In this document: one piece after another, positions 46,995 to 57,230 of the stretch
Layout of the letters: each line of letters starts with the position of its first letter
How positions within the stretch are numbered: the first letter of the stretch is position 1
Virus record (IMG/VR): IMGVR_UViG_3300033145_002422
Length of the DNA stretch: 64,000 nt
Reading direction: 5' to 3' (one strand)
Source: a virus
Lineage: Duplodnaviria; Caudoviricetes
The notes under the pieces: generated by a model
What the model was told of the DNA's origin: nothing
Databases searched by the model: none
What the model saw: the letters and a program-made list of their open reading frames with translations, nothing else
Position numbers and translations under genes: made by a program

Positions 46995-49985
46995 ATGACA
47001 AATCAGCCAATCGAATTACTGGTAACAAATACAGTAACTTATATCCGTGGGAAATTAGATAAAGGGATATACCAATTGTTTAAAAAGCATTTGGGATATA
47101 AAACTGATGATGCCATTTTTAGAATCAAAAGTTTTTCTCAAGATGAAAAAAATAGTTGGGCATCTAAATGGGATGGAGTTATATCTACTGTATGTTTTAA
47201 TAAAACATGGTGTAAATGTGCTATAAAAAGAGATGGAACACATTTTCCTACTGGTTTGCTAAGTTTGGCAAGAGAGTTTTTTGATGCTAATGGAATACCA
47301 TATAAAAGGATAGACAGAAGAGAGGTAGTAGGAAAAAACATTCAATTAGAAATGTCTGATGATTTTGAACAGAGAGATTATCAATTAGACATAGTTAATA
47401 AGGCTGTTTCTCAACAGAGAGGAATCATAAAGTTAGCAACCGGTGGTGGAAAAACCAGCGTTGCTGCAAATATTATTAAAGAATTATCTGTTTCTCCTTT
47501 CATATTTTATGTTCCATCTATAGATTTGTTACAACAAGCTCATGATGAATTATCTAGATTTATTAAATGTTCTGGTTTTAATTTAGAAGTTGGAATTATA
47601 GGAAACATGAAGTGTGATATTAAAGATGTGAATATTATGACTGTTCAAACTGCTGTGAGAGCATTAGGAGAAAAATGGAAAAAGTTTGATAAAGAAGAAC
47701 ATTCAGAAAGTAAAGTTTCTGAGTTGGATGACAATGCTAAGAAGCTTGTTAAAGATTTAATAATGTCTTCTAAGGGTATGATCTGTGATGAAGTACAGCA
47801 TTGGGCATCCGAAACATGTCAAATAATCTCTGATTATTCCATGTCTGCAAAATACAGATATGGCATGAGCGCGACTCCTTTCAGAGATAAGGGAGATGAT
47901 ATATTAATAAATGCTTGTTTCGGGAAAGTTATTGCTGATGTAAATGCATCATTTTTGATAGACAGGGGTTATTTAGTTCCGCCTACAATTTATTTTGTAA
48001 AGATAGATAATATGAAAGGAACAGCTTTCCCAACATATGAAAAGGCGTATAAAAGTGCTATAGTTGAAAACGGTTTAAGAAATAGTTATATAGCTAATAT
48101 AGCAAATGGAATGAAAGAACAGGGAAAGGTTATATTGATTTTGTGTAGGCATATTGCTCATGGTAAAATGTTAAGCGATATGATAGAAGGAAGTGAATTT
48201 TTGCATGGTTCATGGACTGGAAAGAAAAGAAAAAAGCATTTGGATAAAATGAGGAACAGGGAAGCTTCTGTGACCATTGCTTCGTCTCTTCCTTATGGAG
48301 AATGGATTTATATACGAGATAGATTTGGATTTATAAGACAAATTGAAATAGGCGATTTTTGTGAAAATTATAGTAACTATACTAAAGATGATACTTTTGA
48401 GACCTTATGTTCTTTAGATGGGAAAACAACGACATGGAGGCCAATAATTCAAGTTCATAAACATTTAAGAAAAAATAATGTTTTTAGAGTTATTACTGAT
48501 AAAAAAGACGAAGTGTATGTCACTGAGAACCATTCGCTGGTTGATGAAAACCTTAATCAAACACTTCCTCAAATCGACAATAGAGCATCTTGTCCTGTCT
48601 TTGAAAATTTTTCAAATACAGATAGTGTAGAATATTTAGATTTATTAGATTTATTTAGCAAAATTGATGACGATACAATGGAAGTTGAAATATTAGGTAT
48701 TTCGCAGGGAAAAAGCAGAACTTTGAAGAGTGATGCTAAATATATTGATGATAAGAAAAATGTTTGCAAAGATACCAGAATACAATGTAAAAAGAGGTTG
48801 TCTAATGTTGAAGATATTAAATTATATAGAGAGGCAATTCGTGAACTTTTTAACAATTTTTCTTATTATAAATATAAATATAGAGCAAAATTAAAATCTG
48901 TATGTAATCTTAAAAATATTTTTAAATATTTTGATGCAAGAATATATATACGAAGAAGTAGAAAGAATTTTTCTTTGCCTATAACCCTTCCAATTACTGA
49001 GTCTCTTGCTATTATTTCTGGGTTGATGATTGCTGAGGGGCATATTAAATATGAAACAAGTCTCAAATCTAAATCTCAATACCATTTTACTTTTACATCT
49101 TTGGTTGGTAATAAAACGGACGGACGACATGATATAGATAAAAGGAATATTAGAAAGATTTTCTGTAGTAATTTTAAATCTGTTTTTGGAAATGTATATA
49201 TTTGGAAAAATAATAAACAAATAAATTGTCACTCTAAATTATTATATTATTTGTTTAAATCATTGAGCCATATAACATCTGATGGGGAAAAAAGAATACC
49301 AGATTATATTTTTAACTCTGATAGAAAAATTCAAGAAGCATTTTTATGGGGGTTTTATTTAGGAGATGGGAGTAAAAAGCTAGATTACAGAGATGGGAAG
49401 ACCAAAAGCAATTCATATTCTTCAATAATTATGATTAATACTAGCAGGCCATTTATATGTGGTTTAACAATTTTGTTGAAGATGATGAACTTGAGATATT
49501 ATATCTATAAGAAAAAGTCCAGAAATAATAATGCGGAATGTTATTATGTAAATATCATAGATGAATTCTATGGAATGGTTCCTACTAGATTATTAGATAA
49601 GGTTGGATCGGTTGGATGTGATAGAATACAATTAGAAGTCGATAAATTGTCAAATCAAGAAAATTTTGAATATGTATATGATATATCGGTAGATGGTGCT
49701 CATAATTTTATTGCTGGTATCGGTGGAGTTTTATGTCATAATACTATATTCGATGAAGGGATCGATTGCCGCCCCTTGGATACCCTTATCCTTGCCGGAA
49801 GCGGTATAAGCCAAACCAGAGCGTTACAGAGGGTTGGTAGGACTCTCAGACCATATCCAGGTAAAACAGACGCTACAATTATAGATTTTGAAGATAATTG
49901 CAAATACATGTTAAGACATAGTAGAAAAAGAAAAAAGATTTATCAAACTGAACCACGTTTTAATATAAAGTATTTGGATATATAA
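46995..49985 (+). CDS. SF2 DNA helicase (UvsW/XPB-like) containing an intein
   Basis: RDYQ, LATGGGKT, DEVQH, SATPFR, IFDEGID, QRVGRTLR. Confidence 0.9.
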   Translation: MTNQPIELLVTNTVTYIRGKLDKGIYQLFKKHLGYKTDDAIFRIKSFSQDEKNSWASKWDGVISTVCFNKTWCKCAIKRDGTHFPTGLLSLAREFFDANGIPYKRIDRREVVGKNIQLEMSDDFEQRDYQLDIVNKAVSQQRGIIKLATGGGKTSVAANIIKELSVSPFIFYVPSIDLLQQAHDELSRFIKCSGFNLEVGIIGNMKCDIKDVNIMTVQTAVRALGEKWKKFDKEEHSESKVSELDDNAKKLVKDLIMSSKGMICDEVQHWASETCQIISDYSMSAKYRYGMSATPFRDKGDDILINACFGKVIADVNASFLIDRGYLVPPTIYFVKIDNMKGTAFPTYEKAYKSAIVENGLRNSYIANIANGMKEQGKVILILCRHIAHGKMLSDMIEGSEFLHGSWTGKKRKKHLDKMRNREASVTIASSLPYGEWIYIRDRFGFIRQIEIGDFCENYSNYTKDDTFETLCSLDGKTTTWRPIIQVHKHLRKNNVFRVITDKKDEVYVTENHSLVDENLNQTLPQIDNRASCPVFENFSNTDSVEYLDLLDLFSKIDDDTMEVEILGISQGKSRTLKSDAKYIDDKKNVCKDTRIQCKKRLSNVEDIKLYREAIRELFNNFSYYKYKYRAKLKSVCNLKNIFKYFDARIYIRRSRKNFSLPITLPITESLAIISGLMIAEGHIKYETSLKSKSQYHFTFTSLVGNKTDGRHDIDKRNIRKIFCSNFKSVFGNVYIWKNNKQINCHSKLLYYLFKSLSHITSDGEKRIPDYIFNSDRKIQEAFLWGFYLGDGSKKLDYRDGKTKSNSYSSIIMINTSRPFICGLTILLKMMNLRYYIYKKKSRNNNAECYYVNIIDEFYGMVPTRLLDKVGSVGCDRIQLEVDKLSNQENFEYVYDISVDGAHNFIAGIGGVLCHNTIFDEGIDCRPLDTLILAGSGISQTRALQRVGRTLRPYPGKTDATIIDFEDNCKYMLRHSRKRKKIYQTEPRFNIKYLDI
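48285..49742 (+). mobile_element. Intein with LAGLIDADG homing endonuclease (486 aa) in helicase motif V
   Basis: Starts SLPYGEW, block B VTENHSL, GLMIAEG and GFYLGDG, ends VYDISV...HNFIA...CHN followed by Thr. Confidence 0.9.
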
Positions 49986-49986
49986 A

Positions 49987-51144
49987 ATGAAAAAAAATAA
50001 GATCTATTCTCCAATAGAATTGGATTTTGATAGCGGAGAGTGTAAAGAGACATTTGAATCAAAACTTTCTTATGTGTGTAACCAAGTTAGATACATAAAA
50101 AATCCATATATTGGAAACAAATCTAAAATATTAAAATATATTATAAGAACAATAGAAGAGGAAGGTATAAAATACAATTCTGTTCTTGATTTATTTAGCG
50201 GTAGTGGATGTCTATCATTAGTAATGAAATTAATGGGGAAGAGGGTAGTTGCTAACGATTTATTGGCTAGCTCTTATGTTTATACGCATGCTTTTGTTGA
50301 AAATAATACAGAAGAATTGACAGAAGAAGAAAAAGAGTATCTATTAACAAATAGAAGTGAAAAAGAAGGTTTTGTACTTTGGAATGATGATGGAACAGAA
50401 GATATTAACAAATTTACAAATGAAGAATTGAATTTTCTGATGGATTATCGTGAGAATGCTAATTTTTTGTTTTATGGTCTTCCAAATTCTGGTAATCTAT
50501 ACAATCCATATAAACTTTCTTTGGCTTTAGCTTGTTTACAACTTTATGTTATGGACAGGGTTTTTGTTGGCGGTAGATTATATAGCGGACAAATTATAGC
50601 AAGATTAGACCATAGGTTAGAACATCAAAGAAATCAAGGTAATGAAATGAATTTTGAAAAAATACGTTGGTATGATTTCAGAATAAAAGATGATAAGAAT
50701 CAGCATAAGGCGTATAAAGAAGACGCTTATAATTTACTTACATTATATCCAGAAAGGGTTAATGGATGTGAATTGGCATATATAGACCCTCCATACGGAG
50801 GAGAACAAAGCAATTATTTTAAGATGTATGATTTTTTTAATTATTATAGTTCAAGCGGCGCATCTGACAGTCATTTTGAAGTTTTTAATGAAGGTGTGGA
50901 TAGATTTATAAAATCAGATAATTATAAAGATAATTTTATAAAATTATTGGAAGCGCTGCACGAAACAGATATACCAACTTGGGTAATAAGTTATAATGAT
51001 TCTAGTTGGGCAGATATAGAAACCATAAAAAATATTTTATCTAATTTTAAAAACAATGTGAAAGTTTATGACTTAGACTATAAATATAAGTATAGGGACG
51101 TAAAAAAAAGTTCTGGTACAGAATATCTTATTATTTCTAGATAA
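49987..51144 (+). CDS. DNA adenine methyltransferase (D12/Dam-like class)
   Basis: PYIGNK, DLFSGSG, YIDPPY, ISYND. Confidence 0.9.
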   Translation: MKKNKIYSPIELDFDSGECKETFESKLSYVCNQVRYIKNPYIGNKSKILKYIIRTIEEEGIKYNSVLDLFSGSGCLSLVMKLMGKRVVANDLLASSYVYTHAFVENNTEELTEEEKEYLLTNRSEKEGFVLWNDDGTEDINKFTNEELNFLMDYRENANFLFYGLPNSGNLYNPYKLSLALACLQLYVMDRVFVGGRLYSGQIIARLDHRLEHQRNQGNEMNFEKIRWYDFRIKDDKNQHKAYKEDAYNLLTLYPERVNGCELAYIDPPYGGEQSNYFKMYDFFNYYSSSGASDSHFEVFNEGVDRFIKSDNYKDNFIKLLEALHETDIPTWVISYNDSSWADIETIKNILSNFKNNVKVYDLDYKYKYRDVKKSSGTEYLIISR

Positions 51145-51158
51145 AGGAAGATATAAGC

Positions 51159-52010
51159 ATGGGGAAAAAAATTGAATCTATTTTGAAAAAAGCAGTTAAG
51201 AAGTCTAACTCTGAAATTAATGATAATCTTAAAATAGAGCCAGTAGAGTTGACAGGTAAGAAAATTCCAAAAGAAAGAATTGGATATAATAAAATAAGAA
51301 GCAATAATTTTTATATCATTAAAGAGAATATACTAGATTGGTCAAATAAAGATTTTGCTTTGTATACTTCTAAGAAATTTTCTGAAAAATATAGTGAATA
51401 TTGGGATGTGAGAATTATGGGAGTTACAACATATATTGGCAGAATTAAAGAAAGCCTATTTGATGCAATAGGTTTTTGCGACAACATAACCTTAAAAAAC
51501 TATATAGATTTCTTTTTTGATAATTATATAGATCAAATTAAAAGTGAAACTGGAGGTATGTTTTTTATTAAGAGTTTGAGAAGGTCTTATATTATAGAGG
51601 CTTTTTTTGAAAACTATAAGTATTCTCCATCTCTTCCTATTAAGTTAATTGTTATTGATAAAGGAAGTATTAAGGAATTAGATTTGGAAAAATCATATCT
51701 TATTGGTAATGAGTCCATGGTACTTAAATATGGGATTGTTTTGCCAATAAATTATTTAATTATTAAAAAGTTATATAGTAAAGAAAAAGCAATTGATGTA
51801 ATTGGTTCTGCTGTAAGAAATATAAAAAATGTGTCTGGTTTGGGAGTTATAATTAATAGAACTGCTGATTTCTCTCCTTATCCAAAAAGATTTCCATTTA
51901 ATGATTTTAATGAGGTTGTTTCTATTTTGGGAAAATCAGATTTAATAAAAAAGAATATATTTAAAAAAACGAAATTATATGAGTTTTTAAGGAGTAAAGA
52001 AAGAATATGA
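51159..52010 (+). CDS. Hypothetical protein (replication module)
   Basis: 283-aa ORF with RBS; no recognisable motif. Confidence 0.7.
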   Translation: MGKKIESILKKAVKKSNSEINDNLKIEPVELTGKKIPKERIGYNKIRSNNFYIIKENILDWSNKDFALYTSKKFSEKYSEYWDVRIMGVTTYIGRIKESLFDAIGFCDNITLKNYIDFFFDNYIDQIKSETGGMFFIKSLRRSYIIEAFFENYKYSPSLPIKLIVIDKGSIKELDLEKSYLIGNESMVLKYGIVLPINYLIIKKLYSKEKAIDVIGSAVRNIKNVSGLGVIINRTADFSPYPKRFPFNDFNEVVSILGKSDLIKKNIFKKTKLYEFLRSKERI

Positions 52011-52504
52011 AAGATTATGTAGTTAATAGACAAATAAGAAAACCTTTTGTTTTTCTTGTTATGCCAGATGGTAGTAAAAAGGAAAGGGTCAAGATAGAAG
52101 AGGCTATATCAATTGCTGAAGAAATGGGATTAGATGTTATTCAGGTTTCAGAAAATACAGGTTCTGTACTTCCAGTGTGTAAAATAGCTGATCTTGGTAA
52201 AATAAAATATCTTGAATCAAAAAATAAAAAAGTTTCTCATGATACTGAAAAAGAAATAAAAATAAGATATAATATATTTAAAAATGATTTAAATGTTAAA
52301 TTAAAAAAGATAGAAGAATTTTTACTTAAAGGGTATAGGGTAAAAATATTAATAGACTATAGGAAGGCGAGATCTCTTAGAATAAATGAAAAAATAAATC
52401 ATTTTAATAATATTATAAGTAAATTTGAAGAGTATTCAGCCTCATCAAGAACAGATGTAAGGGGAACATTCATATCTATAGTTTTAATGCCAAAGAAAAA
52501 TTAA
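52007..52504 (+). CDS. infC: Translation initiation factor IF-3
   Basis: NRQIR...EAISIAEEMGLDVIQVS...PVCKIADLGKIKY...KEIKIRYNIFKNDLNVKLKKIEEFLLKGYRVKI. Confidence 0.9.
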   Translation: MKDYVVNRQIRKPFVFLVMPDGSKKERVKIEEAISIAEEMGLDVIQVSENTGSVLPVCKIADLGKIKYLESKNKKVSHDTEKEIKIRYNIFKNDLNVKLKKIEEFLLKGYRVKILIDYRKARSLRINEKINHFNNIISKFEEYSASSRTDVRGTFISIVLMPKKN

Positions 52505-52515
52505 TTGGAGAAAAT

Positions 52516-54201
52516 ATGGCTGTTAAGAAGAGAAATTTTGTTGAATCTGTTAATGAACAGAAGAAGCATGAAGAAACATTGCAGATAATGGCTACTCCGC
52601 AGTTTTTTACTGAATTTTCTTCTCTATTAAAAAGTAGAACTTCATTGATATATCTTACATGTAATGAAGAAAAAAGAATGCTATCATATTTTGAACATTT
52701 GACATGTGCTAGGGGATATAAAACATATGTTTGGGATTGTTTTAGAGGATTGTATGATTTGGTTTCTGGAGAAAAGTCAGAGATAGTAACAGAAGATGTA
52801 ACAGAAGTTAATGTCATATTAGATAAGATTATAGAACAGTCTGAAATAGCGATACAAAATGCCCAATCAATGATTAATAGCGGAGTTTCTGGCATTATAT
52901 TTATATTGTTGGATTTTCACAGATTTATAGAAGATGCCACGCCGGATATAGAAAGAAGATTGAAGAGAATATCTCAATTAGAGTCTATGATTAATGTAGT
53001 CGTTGTTGCGCCTCATTATGTATCTACTCCATCATTGGAAAACGAATTTTCTCTAGTTGATTTCCCATATCCAAATAGAGAAGAGATATCTATAGAGTTG
53101 GATAGTATTGTAGAAAAAGTATCCAGCAAACAGGGAAAATTACCGAATTTAAAAAAGGAAGTGAAAGAAGGTAGAGATTCTATTATACAGGCTGTTAATG
53201 GGTTAACTTGTAAAGAAATACAAAAGGCGTTTTCTAAATCTTTGGTAATTCATAGAAAGTTTGATATCCCTACTATATTAAGAGAAAAACAACAGATTAT
53301 AAAGAAACATGAGGTTTTAGAATATTATGAACCTGAAATAACTCTTAATGATATTGGTGGTTTGGACGTAATGATTCAATGGTTACTGTCTAGAAAAGAT
53401 GATTTTACTCAAAGAGCAAGAGATTTTAATATACCATTTCCTAAAGGGTTATTAGTTTTCGGGTTTCCGGGTGTTGGTAAAAGTTTAACTGCAAAAGCAA
53501 CTTCTAGTTTATTTAATTTACCATTATTGAGATTGGATTTTGGAAAATTATTTCATGCCCATATGGGAGCTTCAGAAAGTAAATCCAGGGAAGTTATTAA
53601 GCTTGCAGAAGCGTGTTCTCCTTCGATTCTTTGGATAGATGAAGTTGAGAAGGGGATATCAGGTATTAAATCAAGTGCTGAAACTGATGGCGGAACTACT
53701 GCCAGAGTTGTTTCTACATTTCTTACTTGGATGCAAGAAAAGAATTCTCCAGTATTTATGTTTTGTACTGCTAATGACCATTCTAAAATTCCTCCTGAAT
53801 TTATGAGAAGATTTGATGAAGTGTTTTTCGTTGATTTACCTAATATATATGAAAGGGTACAGATTTATAAAGTTCTTTTGAAAAAATATGATAGGGAGCC
53901 AGAAAAATATAAGATTGATTTAATGAAAATTGCTAGTAAGAGTGATGGCTATTCTGGTTCAGAAATAGAGAAATCTATTAATGAAGCGATACATATCTGT
54001 TTTAACGACGGATGCAGGGATATAACAACAAATGATATTGTTTATGCATTGGGAAGTTTTCATTCATTATATAGAATGAGGGAAAGTGAATTTTCCGATA
54101 TGAGGGAATGGGCAAAGGGTACGTGTAGATTTGCTAATTCTAAATCTGATGGGAATTGTAAGGCTGATGATAACTCGAAATATGAGAACTTAATTTTATG
54201 A
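52516..54201 (+). CDS. AAA+ ATPase, Ycf46-like
   Basis: DIGGL, PKGLLVFGFPGVGKS, LWIDEVEKG, FLTWMQE, PPEFMRRFDEVFFVDLP. Confidence 0.9.
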   Translation: MAVKKRNFVESVNEQKKHEETLQIMATPQFFTEFSSLLKSRTSLIYLTCNEEKRMLSYFEHLTCARGYKTYVWDCFRGLYDLVSGEKSEIVTEDVTEVNVILDKIIEQSEIAIQNAQSMINSGVSGIIFILLDFHRFIEDATPDIERRLKRISQLESMINVVVVAPHYVSTPSLENEFSLVDFPYPNREEISIELDSIVEKVSSKQGKLPNLKKEVKEGRDSIIQAVNGLTCKEIQKAFSKSLVIHRKFDIPTILREKQQIIKKHEVLEYYEPEITLNDIGGLDVMIQWLLSRKDDFTQRARDFNIPFPKGLLVFGFPGVGKSLTAKATSSLFNLPLLRLDFGKLFHAHMGASESKSREVIKLAEACSPSILWIDEVEKGISGIKSSAETDGGTTARVVSTFLTWMQEKNSPVFMFCTANDHSKIPPEFMRRFDEVFFVDLPNIYERVQIYKVLLKKYDREPEKYKIDLMKIASKSDGYSGSEIEKSINEAIHICFNDGCRDITTNDIVYALGSFHSLYRMRESEFSDMREWAKGTCRFANSKSDGNCKADDNSKYENLIL

Positions 54202-54998
54202 TAGAAATTGCAAAATATAGAGATAAGATATTGAAAGCGATGATTCTTAGAGATAAGAATAGAGGGAAAACCTCTTATACTACAGATGAAGAACAGTCTA
54301 TGTCTCTTATAGCAGAAAGAGAAGCTATAAGAATGGAGATTGTACCGAAAGGATATAGGAAGTTTGATATAAACAGTTTAACTGGTTTTTCAGAAAGTAG
54401 CGAACAGATTCTTAATGATGATTCTGCTTCTGAAGCTAAGAAAATTATATCAAAGTTTTTATGGTCTTCTTTGTCCATGGAAAGTTTAAGAGAAATGAAA
54501 TATGAGTTCATGAAAGAAAAGTTTTGTTCTATATCTAATGTGGATTATCGCTATGAAGATGGAACAAATGTAGTAATTTATGGTGGACATCAAAAAGGAA
54601 AGACTTTGTGTGCTTCTATTATAATGAATCATATTATAGATATGCATACGTATAATTCTAAAAATTATTCTCAAATTTATGATTGGATTTCTTTTGGTAT
54701 ATTAAGAGAAAATCTTAGAAATAAGAATGATGAAAATCTTACTTACTTAAAGGGAGTAGATTGGTTAGTTGTAGATGATATAATCGTCTTGGAGGGAAAT
54801 GCCAGGCAAGCAAAAAAATATGATGCATATCTTTTAGATTCGTTCTTTTTATCTAGAATAGAAGATGAATTGCCAACAATATTTGTTTTTAATTTTGATA
54901 TAACAGGTAAAACAAGTACGGCTTGGGAAGATTTATATGGAGTAGCAATTAATAAAATTATATCTAATAGCAATACTATAAGGATAGGTTTATTTTAA
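54198..54998 (+). CDS. DnaC/IstB-like helicase loader
   Basis: VIYGGHQKGKT, WLVVDDI, R...LPTIF; directly upstream of DnaB. Confidence 0.7.
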   Translation: MIEIAKYRDKILKAMILRDKNRGKTSYTTDEEQSMSLIAEREAIRMEIVPKGYRKFDINSLTGFSESSEQILNDDSASEAKKIISKFLWSSLSMESLREMKYEFMKEKFCSISNVDYRYEDGTNVVIYGGHQKGKTLCASIIMNHIIDMHTYNSKNYSQIYDWISFGILRENLRNKNDENLTYLKGVDWLVVDDIIVLEGNARQAKKYDAYLLDSFFLSRIEDELPTIFVFNFDITGKTSTAWEDLYGVAINKIISNSNTIRIGLF

Positions 54999-56548
54999 TG
55001 GTTAATGAAAAAGAAAAAATTCAGATAGAGAGAGATTTTATAAGTCTTCTTTTATCTAATAAATCATTAGTTTCTAGTTGGGTTGAAAAGGGTCCAGAGA
55101 TAGAATTTTTTGAAGAATCTAATCATTCTATTTTGCATGCAATTACTTATTCTTATAATCAAGATGTTTTATTAACTAAAGGAAGTTTTCTTGATTATTT
55201 GAAAAGAAATAAGTTTAAGAAATTAGATATTCAATCGAATGAACATTTGTTTGATATACTTTCAATTTCATTGGTAAAAGAAGATGACTTCCCGAATCTA
55301 AGACTTAAAATTATGGAGTCATATGTAGGAAGGAATTCAATTCTTTATATGGAGAGATATAAAGAAAATGTTAAAAATGGTGGAGAAATATTTGCTTCTG
55401 AAAAATTAAAAGATCAAATTGCATCTTTATTGGAATTTTCTTCTGTAGAAAAACCCGTTATTTATGAATCTATTTCTGATTATGCAGTTGAATTTATGGA
55501 TGAGTTGATTAGGAAAAAAGATACTAAAGATGAAGAATCTATAAAATGTCATATTAAAGAAATTGACGATACGATGGTTGTAGGATTTTTTCCAGGGACT
55601 TTAACTCTTTTTTGTGGAGATGTTGGAAGTTTTAAGTCAACTATGATGCTTAACACTGGTATAAATATTTGGAAATTATCTAAGAAAAATGTATTGTTTG
55701 TTCCTTTGGAAATGCCAAGAGATAAGTTGTATCAAAAACTCTTATCAAGGGAGAGTGGAATTCCTTTTGATAGAATTGAGCGACCTAATAAATTGGAAGA
55801 AAAGGAATGGGATATATTAAAAGCTACCAGCAAGGAATGGGATGATTGGGATCATAAGTTTTATATTATGGATGTTCCGGAAAGAGTTCCTGTATCTTTG
55901 ATAAAAAGATCAATAGAAAAGAATATTAATATATTTAAACCAGATGTTGTTGTAATTGACTATATAGCAAACTTAGTTGCGGAGAAAAAAGCCGAATCAA
56001 CCAGAGATGATTTGAAAATAGGTGAAATGCTTAAAGATTTAAGACATATGGGTAGAAAGAATAGTGTTCATCCAAAAGGATTCGCTATTATTTCAGGCGC
56101 TCAGATAGGAAGAGAGGCATTAAAGAGAATAAGGAAAAGTACTAATAAAGCTATGTTTTATTCTGAAGACCTTCGCGGAAGTCATGAATATAGCGCTGAT
56201 TCTGATAATATTTATGCCCAGATGCCAGATCCTCAACAGCCAGACAAGAAACTTCATTTGTATGTAATTAAAGCTAGATATGGAAGAAAAACATTTTTGA
56301 ACGGTTCTTCAAAAGCGGTTTTGGATGTAAAACCAGAAACCAGTTTGATAAAAAGCATAGATGATTCATTCTTCCACAATCATCAAAAAGATATTCTTGC
56401 GAAGATTGATGATAATATACTTAATTTTGAAGATATATTGAATGATTCTCCTGACGAGGTTGATAACGATGAAGCTGCCAAAGTTCTTGAGGGTAAAGCT
56501 TCTAATGTAGATATTAGTGAATTTGATAATGATTTATTAGGTTTTTAG
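54998..56548 (+). CDS. dnaB: Replicative DNA helicase, DnaB-like
   Basis: PGTLTLFCGDVGSFKST, PLEMP, VVIDYI, GAQIGR, DLRGS...DSD, IKARYG. Confidence 0.85.
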   Translation: MVNEKEKIQIERDFISLLLSNKSLVSSWVEKGPEIEFFEESNHSILHAITYSYNQDVLLTKGSFLDYLKRNKFKKLDIQSNEHLFDILSISLVKEDDFPNLRLKIMESYVGRNSILYMERYKENVKNGGEIFASEKLKDQIASLLEFSSVEKPVIYESISDYAVEFMDELIRKKDTKDEESIKCHIKEIDDTMVVGFFPGTLTLFCGDVGSFKSTMMLNTGINIWKLSKKNVLFVPLEMPRDKLYQKLLSRESGIPFDRIERPNKLEEKEWDILKATSKEWDDWDHKFYIMDVPERVPVSLIKRSIEKNINIFKPDVVVIDYIANLVAEKKAESTRDDLKIGEMLKDLRHMGRKNSVHPKGFAIISGAQIGREALKRIRKSTNKAMFYSEDLRGSHEYSADSDNIYAQMPDPQQPDKKLHLYVIKARYGRKTFLNGSSKAVLDVKPETSLIKSIDDSFFHNHQKDILAKIDDNILNFEDILNDSPDEVDNDEAAKVLEGKASNVDISEFDNDLLGF

Positions 56549-56549
56549 C

Positions 56550-57230
56550 ATGGAACAGAATATATATATTAAATCGAAGTATGTAATAGATTCTATAAGA
56601 GATAAATATTCTATAGTAGAATATTTATCTTCTATTGGGATACATCCTCAAAGAGAATATGATGAAAAATATATTTATTTATGCCCATTTAAAAATCATG
56701 TAGAAACAAAACCATCGTTTACAGTTTATAGAAAACCTGATGGGCAGGAGGATTTTTTTTGTTTTGGATGCAAATCTTCAGGAAATTTTATAGTTTTATA
56801 TGCTAAGATGCATGAAATATCTTGGGTAGATGCGATAAAAGAATTATCAAAAGATTTTGATTTTAAAATTAGTGATCATATAGATTTTGTTATTAAGCAG
56901 TTGAAAGATAGTTTAGAATCAGATGATATAGAAGAAAATGCTAGAGATATATTTGGTTTTGTTTCTCTTAATCTAAGTACTATTGGATATAATTATTTAG
57001 TTAAAACTAGTTTTGATCTAGAAGAATATTCGTTTTTAGAAAACTTCTATAAAAAGATAGATCAATATATAGAGCAAGAAGATATCCATGGGCTTATAAA
57101 AGTAAATGAATTTGTTAATGGAAAAAATAAAATGAAGAAGAATCTTTTTAATTTAAGACTAGAAAAGTGGATTAAACAACAAAGAGAAAAAATGAAAGAA
57201 AAAATAGTTGGAGAAAGAATTAATGGATAA
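56550..57230 (+). CDS. Primase CHC2 zinc-finger protein lacking a TOPRIM domain
   Basis: LCPFKNHVETKPSF...FFCFGCKSSGN followed only by a short helical tail. Confidence 0.8.
   Translation: MEQNIYIKSKYVIDSIRDKYSIVEYLSSIGIHPQREYDEKYIYLCPFKNHVETKPSFTVYRKPDGQEDFFCFGCKSSGNFIVLYAKMHEISWVDAIKELSKDFDFKISDHIDFVIKQLKDSLESDDIEENARDIFGFVSLNLSTIGYNYLVKTSFDLEEYSFLENFYKKIDQYIEQEDIHGLIKVNEFVNGKNKMKKNLFNLRLEKWIKQQREKMKEKIVGERING

Noticed and set aside
34305-54201. MoxR-vWA chaperone pair formed by the vWA protein and the AAA ATPase
   Set aside because: The ATPase is Ycf46/classic AAA-like rather than MoxR, and lies over 10 kb away in a different module
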